Below are positions 1 to 8,761 of a DNA stretch of 24,000 nt, in pieces. The notes under the pieces are model-generated. The model worked only from the letters and a program-made list of their open reading frames with translations. It was not told where the DNA came from and searched no databases. The translations under genes and the position numbers were made by a program. The DNA comes from an uncultured Clostridia bacterium (GTDB lineage Bacteria > Bacillota > Clostridia > Christensenellales > UBA1242), in NCBI GenBank assembly GCA_934757865.1, contig CAKVLS010000001.1:243545-267544 (forward strand), in the 5' to 3' direction. Within the stretch, counting starts at the first letter, position 1. Every line of letters starts with the position of its first letter.

Positions 1-735
1 GTTGTTGACGAAAAACTTATCAAAAATGTTCTTGAAGAAAGAAAAGCTAAGATGGCACAAGATATGGTTGATAAAGGTCTTGGAACATCACTTGATGACT
101 TCTTCAACACTCCAGCCGGAAAAGATAAAAAGGCTCTAAATATCATCATCAAATCTGATGTACAAGGTAGTGCAGAGGCTTTGAAACAAATGCTACAAAA
201 AGTAAGCAATGATGAGGCTGAAGTAAAAGTTATTCATAGTGGCGTAGGTGCTGTAACAGAGACTGATGTACAACTTGCACAAGTTTCTAATGCTTTGATT
301 ATCTGTTTCAATATTAAGGCAGATGCTAAGGCACAAGCACTAGCTGATCACAATAAGATTGAGATTAGAAATTATAGCATCATCTACGAAGCTCTTGACG
401 ATATCGAGAGAGCAATCAAAGGTATGCAAGCTCCAAAATATGAAGAAAAAGTTACAGGTCATGCTGAGGTTAGAATGCTATTTAAGATTAGCTCAGTTGG
501 TACAGTTGCTGGCTGCAGAGTAATAGATGGCAAAGTCGTAAGAAATGGCTCTGTAAAAGTATTGAGAAAAGATAAAGTCGTATTTGAAGGCAAGATTGCA
601 TCTCTAAAACGTGAAAAAGACGAAGCTAAAGAAGTTGCAAGCGGATTTGAATGCGGTATTAAGATTGATGGATTCAATGATATTCTTGAAGGAGATATCA
701 TCGAGTGTCTTGTAAAAGAAAGAATTGATTTATAA
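1..735 (+). CDS. infB: Translation initiation factor IF-2, C-terminal part (5' end lies outside the window)
   Basis: Frame 1 is open from base 1 to TAA at 733-735. The translated C-terminus (DVQGSAEAL, VIHSGVGAVTETDV, GFECGI, GDIIE) is typical of the IF-2 C-terminal domains. rbfA follows, as in nusA-infB operons. Confidence 0.9.
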   Translation, partial: VVDEKLIKNVLEERKAKMAQDMVDKGLGTSLDDFFNTPAGKDKKALNIIIKSDVQGSAEALKQMLQKVSNDEAEVKVIHSGVGAVTETDVQLAQVSNALIICFNIKADAKAQALADHNKIEIRNYSIIYEALDDIERAIKGMQAPKYEEKVTGHAEVRMLFKISSVGTVAGCRVIDGKVVRNGSVKVLRKDKVVFEGKIASLKREKDEAKEVASGFECGIKIDGFNDILEGDIIECLVKERIDL

Positions 736-751
736 TAAAAGGAGTTAATTT

Positions 752-1111
752 ATGGCTTCTAACAATAGAATGGAGAGAATCAACTCTGAGATACAAAAAG
801 AAGTTTCTTTGATAATAAACAATGAGATAAATGACCCAAGGGTTAGCGGCTTTGTGTCTGTCCTAAAAGTTCAAACTACTCAGGACCTAAAGTTTGCAAA
901 AATTTATATCAGTGTTTATAGCGAGAATAAACAAGAGGCTTTTGAGGCTTTGCGTAGTGCAAGCAACTTTATCCGTAAACGCCTAGCTCAAAATATCAAC
1001 TTGAGAGAAATCCCAAAACTAATATTTGAGTTAGATGACGGAATAGAGTATAGTGACAAAATAAACAAAATTATTAAATCCCTAGATATAAAACCTTTGG
1101 AGGATGAATAA
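752..1111 (+). CDS. rbfA: Ribosome-binding factor A
   Basis: 119-aa ORF with GGAG 8 nt upstream. The sequence (RMERINSEIQKEVS...DPRV..V.V..DL..AKIY) is RbfA-like. Conserved position between infB and truB. Confidence 0.9.
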   Translation: MASNNRMERINSEIQKEVSLIINNEINDPRVSGFVSVLKVQTTQDLKFAKIYISVYSENKQEAFEALRSASNFIRKRLAQNINLREIPKLIFELDDGIEYSDKINKIIKSLDIKPLEDE

Positions 1112-2082
1112 TGGTTTCTATCAAAAAAGTAACAACCTTTTTGAAATCATATAATTCTTTTGCACTATTTACTCATATCAGCCCTGATGCAGACGCTTTT
1201 GGGTCAACAAAAGCCCTAAAATTAGCTCTAGAGAGCTTAGGTAAGACTGTCTATGTATTTTGCGATGGCATTGTAACTAAGAATTTAGAGTTTTTAGAGC
1301 CGGAACTATGCGATGATGTGTCGGTTATTAGTTCTGTAGAAGTTGGTATTTTGGTAGACTGCAATATACCTTATAGAGTTGGCAAATACGAAGAATTTTT
1401 TGAAAAAATACCTGTGAAGATGTGTATAGACCATCATGTCCCAGAAAAGTACAAGTTCAACCTAAAATTTGTCTCAACCAAAAGCCCAAGTGCAAGCAAC
1501 CTTGTTTATAAAATAATCAAGGGTCTAAAAGTAAAAATTACAAAAGAAATTGCAACGCTACTTTATGCGGGAACAGCTACTGATACTGCTGGCTTCAAAA
1601 ACACTAATACCACAGCAGATTGTCACAGAGTAGTCGGCGCGCTTATAGATAAAAAGTTTGATTTAGAAAAAGCTAACTATTATCTATTTAAGTTTAAGCC
1701 AAAAAAGCAAATGGATTTTTATTCTTATTGCTTTAAGCATTTGCAATACTTTTATGATGATAAGATTTTGTTAATTTTTATACCATATAAAGAATATCAA
1801 AAAGTCGCTGATATCATAGATACCGGCGGCATTTATGAGTTTTTGACCGGTATTGAGGGCAACGAAATTATTATCAAAATAACCGAAAAACAACCTAAAC
1901 ATTACTTTATATCTTTGAGATCTAACATATACGCCAATGTCCGTGATATAGCGGCAGAATTTGGCGGTGGCGGACACAAAATGGCTTCTGGCTGCAATTA
2001 TGTTGGCGACTATAAAGAGTGCTTAGACAAACTGATTAAGCTATCAATAAGCGAGATAGAAAAGCATGATAGGAATAATTAA
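1111..2082 (+). CDS. DHH/DHHA1-family phosphoesterase (NrnA-like oligoribonuclease / pAp phosphatase)
   Basis: 323 aa. Contains the DHH motif (CIDHHV) and DHHA1 motif (GGGGHKMASG). The start overlaps the rbfA stop (TAATG). This is the common position of the family between rbfA and truB in Firmicutes. Confidence 0.75.
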   Translation: MVSIKKVTTFLKSYNSFALFTHISPDADAFGSTKALKLALESLGKTVYVFCDGIVTKNLEFLEPELCDDVSVISSVEVGILVDCNIPYRVGKYEEFFEKIPVKMCIDHHVPEKYKFNLKFVSTKSPSASNLVYKIIKGLKVKITKEIATLLYAGTATDTAGFKNTNTTADCHRVVGALIDKKFDLEKANYYLFKFKPKKQMDFYSYCFKHLQYFYDDKILLIFIPYKEYQKVADIIDTGGIYEFLTGIEGNEIIIKITEKQPKHYFISLRSNIYANVRDIAAEFGGGGHKMASGCNYVGDYKECLDKLIKLSISEIEKHDRNN

Positions 2083-2923
2083 CTTAAACAAGCCAAGTGG
2101 TATGTCTAGTAGTAATGCTGTGGTAAAAATCAAAAAGCTGACTCATCAAAGTAGAGTCGGTCATATGGGAACTTTGGACCCACTAGCAAGTGGCGTTCTA
2201 ATTATTGGCGTTGGCAAAGCGACAAGGCTATTTGATTATTACTTAAAAAAATCAAAAACTTACATAGCAAAATTTAAGTTTGGAGTTTTGACTGATACAC
2301 TTGATAGCGAAGGAACTATCACAAATACAAGTGATAAAATACCAACTGCTGATGAAATAATTAAAGTACTTCCTACATTAACAGGCAAAATTAGCCAGTA
2401 TCCGCCGGCTTTTTCTGCCAAATGCATAAATGGTACTCGTGCATACAAACTTGCAAGACAGGGCGTAGAGGTTAATCTAGAGCCAAAAGTTGTCGAGATT
2501 AGTAGTATTGAACTTTTAGAAAAAGTATCTCAAGATGAGTATACATTTAGGATAGATTGTTCAGCCGGTACTTATATTAGAAGCATAGCAAGAGATATGG
2601 GTAAGGCTCTTGGAACATACGGCATTATGACAGCCCTAACTAGGACAAAGTGCGGAGTATTTACCCTTAGTGAAAGTGTCAATTTAGACGATCTTACAGA
2701 AGATAACATTGAAAACTTTTTGACGCCACTTGATAAGGCACTAGAAAACTTAGAAGAATATAATGTCGACAGTGTAACAAAGCTTAAAAAGGTCTTAAAC
2801 GGTGTGCCTATTGATGCGTGCGGCGAAGATAGACAAGTAGTCGTAAAAAGTCAAGGCGAAGTACTAGGTATTGCAGAAATAAATGACGGTAAACTAAAGA
2901 TAATAAATTATTTGAAAGAGTGA
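2066..2923 (+). CDS. truB: tRNA pseudouridine-55 synthase
   Basis: 285 aa. Contains the TruB catalytic motif GHMGTLDPLASGVL. Overlaps the upstream gene by 17 nt. Confidence 0.9.
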   Translation: MIGIINLNKPSGMSSSNAVVKIKKLTHQSRVGHMGTLDPLASGVLIIGVGKATRLFDYYLKKSKTYIAKFKFGVLTDTLDSEGTITNTSDKIPTADEIIKVLPTLTGKISQYPPAFSAKCINGTRAYKLARQGVEVNLEPKVVEISSIELLEKVSQDEYTFRIDCSAGTYIRSIARDMGKALGTYGIMTALTRTKCGVFTLSESVNLDDLTEDNIENFLTPLDKALENLEEYNVDSVTKLKKVLNGVPIDACGEDRQVVVKSQGEVLGIAEINDGKLKIINYLKE

Positions 2924-2930
2924 GAACTAT

Positions 2931-3782
2931 ATGATAAAATTTGGACCATCAGGAAATAGTGAAGAATTTTATAACGAGGGGCACAAGCATACAATAGAAG
3001 CTCCTATTTGGTTAAGCGAAAGAGGCCTAAATGCATTTGAGTATCCATTTAATAGAGGTGTAGCACTAAAAGACGAAACTGCTATAGCTCTTGGAAATGA
3101 ATTTGCTAAATATGGAATAACAGTTAGTGTGCATGCTCCATATTATATCAATTTAGCCGGAACTAATGATGAACTATTAGAAAAATCTTATGGATATGTT
3201 ATAGACAGCTTAAAGAAATTAAAATTACTAGGCGGAACACATTGTGTTATGCACCCAGGGACATGTGGAAGTCTTCCTCGTGAAGAAGCCTTTTCACTTC
3301 TAAAAGAAAGAACAAAAGAACTTGTAAAAAGAGTAAAAAAAGCTGGCATCACAGGTGTTTACATTTGCCCAGAGACTATGGGTAAGTCTCAGCAACTTGG
3401 AACTTATGAAGAGATAGCTGAGATATGTTCTTACGATGATATGCTTATCCCAACAGTGGATTTTGGACATATCAACGCACTAGAACATGGCAGTCTTAAG
3501 ACCCCAGAGGACTTCGAGAGAGTTATCAAATGCTTTATTGATAAAATTGGTATTGAAAAAGTAAGACATATGCATATTCACTTTTCAAAGATAGAATATG
3601 GCGAAAAAGGTGAGATTAAACACTTAACTTTTGAAGATACAAAATATGGCCCTGAGTTTGAAAATTTGGCAGTTGTACTTAAAAAGTACAATCTAGAGCC
3701 AATGATTATTTGCGAATCTCGTGGAACTCAGGCAAAAGATGCAAAAATTATGAAAGAAATTTACGAAAATACTACCATTTAG
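2931..3782 (+). CDS. Endonuclease IV (Nfo)-family / xylose-isomerase-like TIM-barrel protein
   Basis: 283 aa. Contains HAPYYINLAG, VMHPG and CPETMGK..QLG motifs resembling the metal-binding blocks of AP endonuclease family 2. The exact function is not resolvable by eye. Confidence 0.55.
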   Translation: MIKFGPSGNSEEFYNEGHKHTIEAPIWLSERGLNAFEYPFNRGVALKDETAIALGNEFAKYGITVSVHAPYYINLAGTNDELLEKSYGYVIDSLKKLKLLGGTHCVMHPGTCGSLPREEAFSLLKERTKELVKRVKKAGITGVYICPETMGKSQQLGTYEEIAEICSYDDMLIPTVDFGHINALEHGSLKTPEDFERVIKCFIDKIGIEKVRHMHIHFSKIEYGEKGEIKHLTFEDTKYGPEFENLAVVLKKYNLEPMIICESRGTQAKDAKIMKEIYENTTI

Positions 3783-3845
3783 GAAAATTTTATGATATAC
3801 TAATGTAGTATTAAATTGTGCTAAAAATTAACTAGGAGGATATAT

Positions 3846-4403
3846 ATGTTATTAGCAGGTGATTTCAGAAAAGGCGTTAACTTTGAAATGGAAGGAAAAA
3901 TTTACAACGTTGTAGATTTCCAACACGTTAAACCAGGTAAAGGTGCTGCCTTTGTAAGAGCAAAAATTAAAAATATCGTAACTGGACAAGTTCTTGAGAG
4001 AACTTTTAACCCAACAGAAAAGTTTGAGCCAGTAAGAATTGAAACTAAAGAAATGCAATACCTATACAATGAGGGCGGTTTGTATTATTTTATGGATATG
4101 GAGACTTATGAGCAAGTTCCATTTAACAAAGACCAAGTAGAAGAGGCTTTGAAATATATCACAGAGAATATGACAGCTACTGTTCAATTCTACAAAGGTA
4201 ACGCTTTCTCAGTAGTTCCACCAAACTTCGTAGAGCTAACTATTGTAGAGTGTGAGCCAGGGGTTCAAGGTGATACTTCTAAAGCAGGTAACAAGCCAGC
4301 TAAACTTGAAACTGGTACGACTATCCAAGTTCCATTATTTGTTAACAACGGCGAAAAAATCAGAGTTGATACAAGAACTGGAACATATATGGAAAGAGTA
4401 TAA
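3846..4403 (+). CDS. efp: Elongation factor P
   Basis: 185 aa with a strong AGGAGG RBS. Typical EF-P sequence ([28 protein letters not shown]). Confidence 0.95.
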   Translation: MLLAGDFRKGVNFEMEGKIYNVVDFQHVKPGKGAAFVRAKIKNIVTGQVLERTFNPTEKFEPVRIETKEMQYLYNEGGLYYFMDMETYEQVPFNKDQVEEALKYITENMTATVQFYKGNAFSVVPPNFVELTIVECEPGVQGDTSKAGNKPAKLETGTTIQVPLFVNNGEKIRVDTRTGTYMERV

Positions 4404-4424
4404 TTTTGTAAAAATTAGTAGAAT

Positions 4425-4454
4425 AAAACGATACTTTGCGGTATCGTTTTTTTT
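4425..4454 (+). terminator. Rho-independent terminator after efp
   Basis: Stem 4425-4434 pairs with 4441-4450 (core AACGATAC/GTATCGTT). The loop is TTTGCG and the U-tract runs to 4454. Confidence 0.8.
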
Positions 4455-4515
4455 ATTGCTAAATAGCATATTTGTAGCATATTTATATAATAGCTTGTCT
4501 AGGAGGCAATTAGTT

Positions 4516-5427
4516 ATGGATAGTATATTTGAAGAGCCTTTATCTGAGATTTTCAAAAAATATGTCAACCTCAATAAAGTAAACGAAATAAGACTTAGAC
4601 TCGATAAAAGAATAGTCATTTATATAGGTGGTAAGCCTTATTATTTATCTTATGAAGGCATAACTAATAACGCCGAAAAAGCCATCATAACAAGTAGAGA
4701 AATGCTATATAACATAATAAGGCGAGCAACCGAAAATTCTGTTTATGCCGTCAATAATCAACTAAAACGAGGCTTCTTGACTGTAAAAGGCGGAATTAGA
4801 CTAGGCATTTGCGGAGAGGTCGTAGTAGAAAATGGTGCTGTCCAAACTATTAAGAATTTTTCTAGTATCAATATCCGTATAGCAAGAGAAGTGAAAAATT
4901 GTTCTCTCAATATTTTTGAGACAATAATGCAGGGCGGCTTCAATAATACTCTTATTATATCTCCGCCCGGAGCTGGTAAAACTACAATGATAAGAGATAT
5001 CTTGTGCCAAATGAGTGAGAGAAGTTATACATATAACATACTTCTTGTAGACGAAAGGTACGAGATTGCTAATTGCTTCAATGGACAACAAACGCTCAAT
5101 GTCGGCGAGTTTGCAGATATTATAAGCGGATCAAATAAAGGTTACGCACTTGAGTGTGGTGTTAGAAGTATGAGCCCAGATATTTTGGTCACAGACGAAC
5201 TAGCCAATAGCCAAGATATTAACAGTATTTTAGATATCGCTAACTCAGGTGTTAAACTGTTGTGTAGTGTGCATGCAAAGAATATTGAGGAATTAAGAGC
5301 TAAACCTCAGTTTAAGCAACTACTTGACCAAAAGATTTTTAAGAGGTTTGTTGTGTTAAGTAAGAGTAGGGGCCCCGGCACTATAGAAGGCGTGTTTGAC
5401 GAGTCTTTTAGGTGCTTGTATGTATAA
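4516..5427 (+). CDS. spoIIIAA: Stage III sporulation protein AA (AAA+ ATPase)
   Basis: The track ORF starts at 4252 inside efp. ATG 4516 is preferred because AGGAGG lies at 4501-4506 and it follows the efp terminator. Contains Walker A (PPGAGKTT) and Walker B-like (ILVTDE) motifs. It is the first gene of an eight-gene spoIIIA-like operon. Confidence 0.85.
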   Translation: MDSIFEEPLSEIFKKYVNLNKVNEIRLRLDKRIVIYIGGKPYYLSYEGITNNAEKAIITSREMLYNIIRRATENSVYAVNNQLKRGFLTVKGGIRLGICGEVVVENGAVQTIKNFSSINIRIAREVKNCSLNIFETIMQGGFNNTLIISPPGAGKTTMIRDILCQMSERSYTYNILLVDERYEIANCFNGQQTLNVGEFADIISGSNKGYALECGVRSMSPDILVTDELANSQDINSILDIANSGVKLLCSVHAKNIEELRAKPQFKQLLDQKIFKRFVVLSKSRGPGTIEGVFDESFRCLYV

Positions 5428-5902
5428 GTTAATTATTTGTGCTATTTTGGCTGGGGCTTTTATATATTTAGGAATTTGTATTTCAAACAATCTAAAAAAG
5501 AAAAAGCAGTTTTGGGAAGAGATTGTTAAATTGTGCGATTATATGTCTTGTAATATTGGCTTTGGGCAAAAGAAACTAAATGAAATTGCAATGGAATTTT
5601 CTAGTAATGTTGCTAAGGTAAGTAATGATGTCGTTAAAACAATGAGTAGTGAAAAAGATTCTTCTCAAAAAAGTCCTATCAAAAGTATTGATATGACTAG
5701 TGAAGAAAATGCACTTATTAAAGAATTTTTTGATGGGCTAGGCAGTATGGATAGCAAAAGCGAAATTGCTAGAATTGCTAGTTATAAGGCAAGATTTGAG
5801 AGTATAGAGACACTATACACAGAGAGATATAAGAAGTTTTCGCCGCTTATTGTAAAATTGTGTCTAATATTTGGGTTAATGTTATGTATAGTGCTGATTT
5901 AG
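5420..5902 (+). CDS. spoIIIAB: Stage III sporulation protein AB
   Basis: ATG 5420 has AGGTG 6 nt upstream and overlaps the spoIIIAA stop. N-terminal TM helix (MYKLIICAILAGAFIYLG), ~160 aa, and operon position all match SpoIIIAB. Confidence 0.75.
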   Translation: MYKLIICAILAGAFIYLGICISNNLKKKKQFWEEIVKLCDYMSCNIGFGQKKLNEIAMEFSSNVAKVSNDVVKTMSSEKDSSQKSPIKSIDMTSEENALIKEFFDGLGSMDSKSEIARIASYKARFESIETLYTERYKKFSPLIVKLCLIFGLMLCIVLI

Positions 5903-5944
5903 CATATTTTGTGAATATATAGTTGAATAGTACACTATATATTG

Positions 5945-5960
5945 GCATAGTACTATGCAA
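5945..5960. repeat. Palindromic motif GCATAGTACTATGC(AA), copy 1 (spoIIIAB-spoIIIAC spacer)
   Basis: Perfect 14-bp palindrome at 5945-5958. The 16-mer GCATAGTACTATGCAA is identical to 22428-22443. Confidence 0.6.
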
Positions 5961-5975
5961 AAAGTGAGTATATAT

Positions 5976-6173
5976 ATGAATTATGAGATTATTCTTAAAA
6001 TAGCTGCTATAGGGATACTTACTGCAGTTATTTCGCAAGTCCTAAAAAATGTAAATAAAGATGACATAGCAACTATAGCAACATTAAGCGGAGTTGTGAT
6101 AGTTCTTATTATGGTTGTTCAGCTTATTGCAGAACTTTTTGAAACGGTTAAAACTTTGTTTTTGATATATTAG
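5976..6173 (+). CDS. spoIIIAC: Stage III sporulation protein AC
   Basis: 65-aa two-TM protein (ILKIAAIGILTAV..., VKTLFLIY) resembling SpoIIIAC. ATG 5976 is chosen over track start 5955 for length and a purine-rich tract upstream. Confidence 0.75.
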   Translation: MNYEIILKIAAIGILTAVISQVLKNVNKDDIATIATLSGVVIVLIMVVQLIAELFETVKTLFLIY

Positions 6174-6180
6174 GTAGCAT

Positions 6181-6567
6181 ATGGAAATAGTAAAAATAGT
6201 TTGCGTTGGCATAGTTACGACTATAGCGTATCTTTTGGTAAAAGAGGTAAAAAGTGACTTTGCTATTTTTATAGCTTTGAGCGGCAGTATCATAATGATA
6301 ATGCTGATTGTTGGACAAGTCTCTACGGTTGTTGGGTATTTTAACGAAATAGTCCAAAGAACTGGTATAGACAAAACTATATATTACACCATATTGAAAA
6401 TTATTGGAGTTGGCTACCTTACAGAATTTGCTGCTAATATCTGTGCAGATTCTGGGGTTGCAAGTGTCGGGAATAAAATTATTTTGGGAGGCAAAATTGT
6501 TATATTGTGTTTATCTCTACCAATAATAACATCTCTAATAGACATTATTATAAGTATTTTGCCATAG
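6181..6567 (+). CDS. spoIIIAD: Stage III sporulation protein AD
   Basis: 128-aa polytopic membrane protein. Contains the conserved block ILKIIGVGYLTEFAANICADSG, matching the SpoIIIAD pattern. Confidence 0.85.
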   Translation: MEIVKIVCVGIVTTIAYLLVKEVKSDFAIFIALSGSIIMIMLIVGQVSTVVGYFNEIVQRTGIDKTIYYTILKIIGVGYLTEFAANICADSGVASVGNKIILGGKIVILCLSLPIITSLIDIIISILP

Positions 6568-7718
6568 TACTTTTATTTTTTATAGTTATATTTTTTACTC
6601 CAAGTGTAAAGCCTGCGTATGCGGACGAGGTAGAAAAATCGCTTAGCGAAACGATAGAATCTCAGCTTGAAAAATTAGACCTAACAGCCTTGGAGCGTTA
6701 CCTTAGCGGTATATCGTCTAATTTTGAAGGACTTTTTAGTGGCTCATTTATTGAGAATTTAAGGAATATTATATCTGGGCAAAAACAATTCGATTATTCC
6801 AACTTTTTCTCTTATGTTGTTAGTATCATTTTTGACGACTTAATCAAGGTTATTCCTATGCTGTCGGCTATAGTTGCTATTTGCGTAGTTTGTAGCTTGC
6901 TAGGACAATTATCGCCGGACAAGCAAGGGGAGAAGATTAGTAAAGTTATATATTTTGCTTGTTTTGCGCTTGTGGCTACTATTATATTCTCGGCTTTTAA
7001 GTCACTGCTTAGTAGTACGACAGGAGTCTTAGAGTCTATCAAAACTCAAATGCAACTTATATTTCCTATACTTCTTACGCTTATTACCTCCATTGGCAGC
7101 GTAGTTACAGTTTCAACTTTTAAGCCGGCTGTTGCACTTTTGAGTTCTAGCATTGTATCTATGATTAGCTCAATAGTACTTCCTATATTTATCTTTTCAT
7201 TTATCTTCAATATAGTAGGTAATATGTCGTCCAATGTGAAATTAGAAAAGTGTGCAAAATTTTTGTCCTCTATGTTTAAGTGGCTACTTGGGACGATTTT
7301 TACAGTCTTTATGACAGTGCTTTCTCTTCAAGGCATCTTAGCGTCAGTTAGTGATAATATATCTATTAAGACGGCGAAATTTGCTCTAAAAAGCTATGTC
7401 CCACTAATTGGCAACTTTATGTCAGACGGGCTAGGATTTATTCTTGCTAGTGGTGTGCTTATAAAAAATGCTGTTGGTTTGACGGGGTTGTTTTTGCTTT
7501 TATCAACAATAGTTTTGCCACTCGTTGAGATTATTATCTTTATGTTAGGGCTAAAACTCGTTGCGGCTATTGTTGAGCCTCTTAGCAATAACAATATGTC
7601 TAACTTTATTTATGGTTGTTCTAAATGCCTAAGCATGCTTATAGCTTGCATTGTGGCAGTTGGATTTATGTATATTTTGTCTGTTGGGCTTTTGATGTGT
7701 ACATCTAATATTTTTTAG
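6507..7718 (+). CDS. spoIIIAE: Stage III sporulation protein AE
   Basis: 403 aa. Signal peptide with an AYA/DE cleavage-like site followed by a multi-TM permease-like body. GTG 6507 is the only canonical in-frame start upstream of the signal peptide. It overlaps spoIIIAD by 61 nt. Confidence 0.8.
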   Translation: MFISTNNNISNRHYYKYFAIVLLFFIVIFFTPSVKPAYADEVEKSLSETIESQLEKLDLTALERYLSGISSNFEGLFSGSFIENLRNIISGQKQFDYSNFFSYVVSIIFDDLIKVIPMLSAIVAICVVCSLLGQLSPDKQGEKISKVIYFACFALVATIIFSAFKSLLSSTTGVLESIKTQMQLIFPILLTLITSIGSVVTVSTFKPAVALLSSSIVSMISSIVLPIFIFSFIFNIVGNMSSNVKLEKCAKFLSSMFKWLLGTIFTVFMTVLSLQGILASVSDNISIKTAKFALKSYVPLIGNFMSDGLGFILASGVLIKNAVGLTGLFLLLSTIVLPLVEIIIFMLGLKLVAAIVEPLSNNNMSNFIYGCSKCLSMLIACIVAVGFMYILSVGLLMCTSNIF

Positions 7719-7728
7719 GAGTGGGTAA

Positions 7729-8205
7729 GTGAGTGCAGTTTCTAGTTGGGTTTTGACTATAGTTGGGGTGATAATCATAACGGTAATTGTCGAGATAACT
7801 ATGCCAGATGGCAATATCAATAAGTACATAAAAGGCATACTCGTTATTTTTACGGTTTTTGTAATGGTGTCGCCTATCACCAATCTTAATGTTTTTGGGA
7901 ATATCAAAAATATCGATTATGATATCAAGCTTGACGATAGCTATCTAGGAGATGTCAATAGCCAAATAGCTAATGAGTATAAAATAATTATTGAAAGTAA
8001 ACTCAAAACAAATGGCTACGAAAATGTAACTGTTGATATTGATCTAAAAGATGACGAAAAGTTGGAGATAGATGCAGTTTTTGTCTATTTGTGTGATTTA
8101 GTTCTTAAAAGCAATGACGAGAGTATAAATATTTATAACAACATAAAAAGCATTATAAAAAGTGTTGTTGTGGTGGATGCGGAGGATATAATTTTTTATG
8201 AGTGA
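7729..8205 (+). CDS. spoIIIAF: Stage III sporulation protein AF
   Basis: 158 aa with a GTG start and AGGAG ~7 nt upstream. Two N-terminal TM helices (WVLTIVGVIIITVIVEITMPDGNINKYIKGILVIFTVFVMVSPI) parallel SpoIIIAF. Confidence 0.8.
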   Translation: MSAVSSWVLTIVGVIIITVIVEITMPDGNINKYIKGILVIFTVFVMVSPITNLNVFGNIKNIDYDIKLDDSYLGDVNSQIANEYKIIIESKLKTNGYENVTVDIDLKDDEKLEIDAVFVYLCDLVLKSNDESINIYNNIKSIIKSVVVVDAEDIIFYE

Positions 8206-8749
8206 AGAGAAAAAAGGCTTTTGGTCAAAATTTAAGTTCTTCAAAAAAATCAAAATGTCCAAAAATGTCAGTATAGCCATAGCTGTCATACTGAGTCTTG
8301 TTGTTTTGTTGATTTTTTGTTCCTCACTCGATAAAAGCAAAACATCTACTGTGACTTCAGAAGAAGAGTATACATCAATGATTGAGTACACAAGGAATAT
8401 GGAATCAAAACTCCAAAAAGTACTAATGCAGGTAGAGGGCGTTGACAATGTCGAGGTTATGATAACTTTTGAAAATAGTATCGAGCTTATCATATCAAGT
8501 TCTAAGGAAACTAAGACAATAAAGAGCGGTAATTCTAGCACAACAGTTATAGTTGAGACTCCCGTTCTTGTCACCGAAAAAGGTGTGTCAAAACCTATAG
8601 TACTGCAAGAAAAATTGCCTGAGCCAAAGAGTGTATTTATCGTAGCAAAAGGCGCTGACAATGCAAAAGTAAAACTTGAGATAATAAAAGCTGTAGAAGT
8701 ATTATTTTCGCTTCCTAGCTCAAAAATCGAAGTTTTGGTGGGTAAATAA
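8198..8749 (+). CDS. spoIIIAG: Stage III sporulation protein AG
   Basis: 183 aa. Basic N-terminus, one TM helix, and a C-terminal block (VFIVAKGADNAKVKLEIIKAVEVLFSLPSSKIEVL) like the SpoIIIAG ring-forming domain. Confidence 0.8.
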   Translation: MSEEKKGFWSKFKFFKKIKMSKNVSIAIAVILSLVVLLIFCSSLDKSKTSTVTSEEEYTSMIEYTRNMESKLQKVLMQVEGVDNVEVMITFENSIELIISSSKETKTIKSGNSSTTVIVETPVLVTEKGVSKPIVLQEKLPEPKSVFIVAKGADNAKVKLEIIKAVEVLFSLPSSKIEVLVGK

Positions 8750-8761
8750 GGGGGTTAATGT

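Noticed and set aside
4466-4472. Recurrent GCATATT heptamer (4466, 4477, 5902, 15535, 19544, 22384) as a shared sigma-E -35 element
   Set aside because: No properly spaced -10 element accompanies any copy, and the 19544 copy is only 8 nt from its start codon. The heptamer also occurs inside coding sequence (about 3573 and 10262), and it is AT-rich in an AT-rich genome. The intergenic enrichment is suggestive but not demonstrable by eye.
4252-4515. Long N-terminal extension of spoIIIAA proposed by the ORF track, overlapping efp
   Set aside because: The extension runs through the efp 3' end and the efp terminator and encodes non-homologous sequence. ATG 4516, with AGGAGG upstream, gives a canonical-length SpoIIIAA.
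8098-8661. 187-aa antisense ORF across spoIIIAF/spoIIIAG
   Set aside because: Low-complexity Ser/Thr/Phe-rich translation with no RBS. It is fully antisense to two well-supported, syntenic spoIIIA genes, so it is a typical shadow ORF. The same reasoning applies to the minus-strand ORFs 10411-10797, 19584-20003, 18379-18747, 21045-21389 and 23352-23654.
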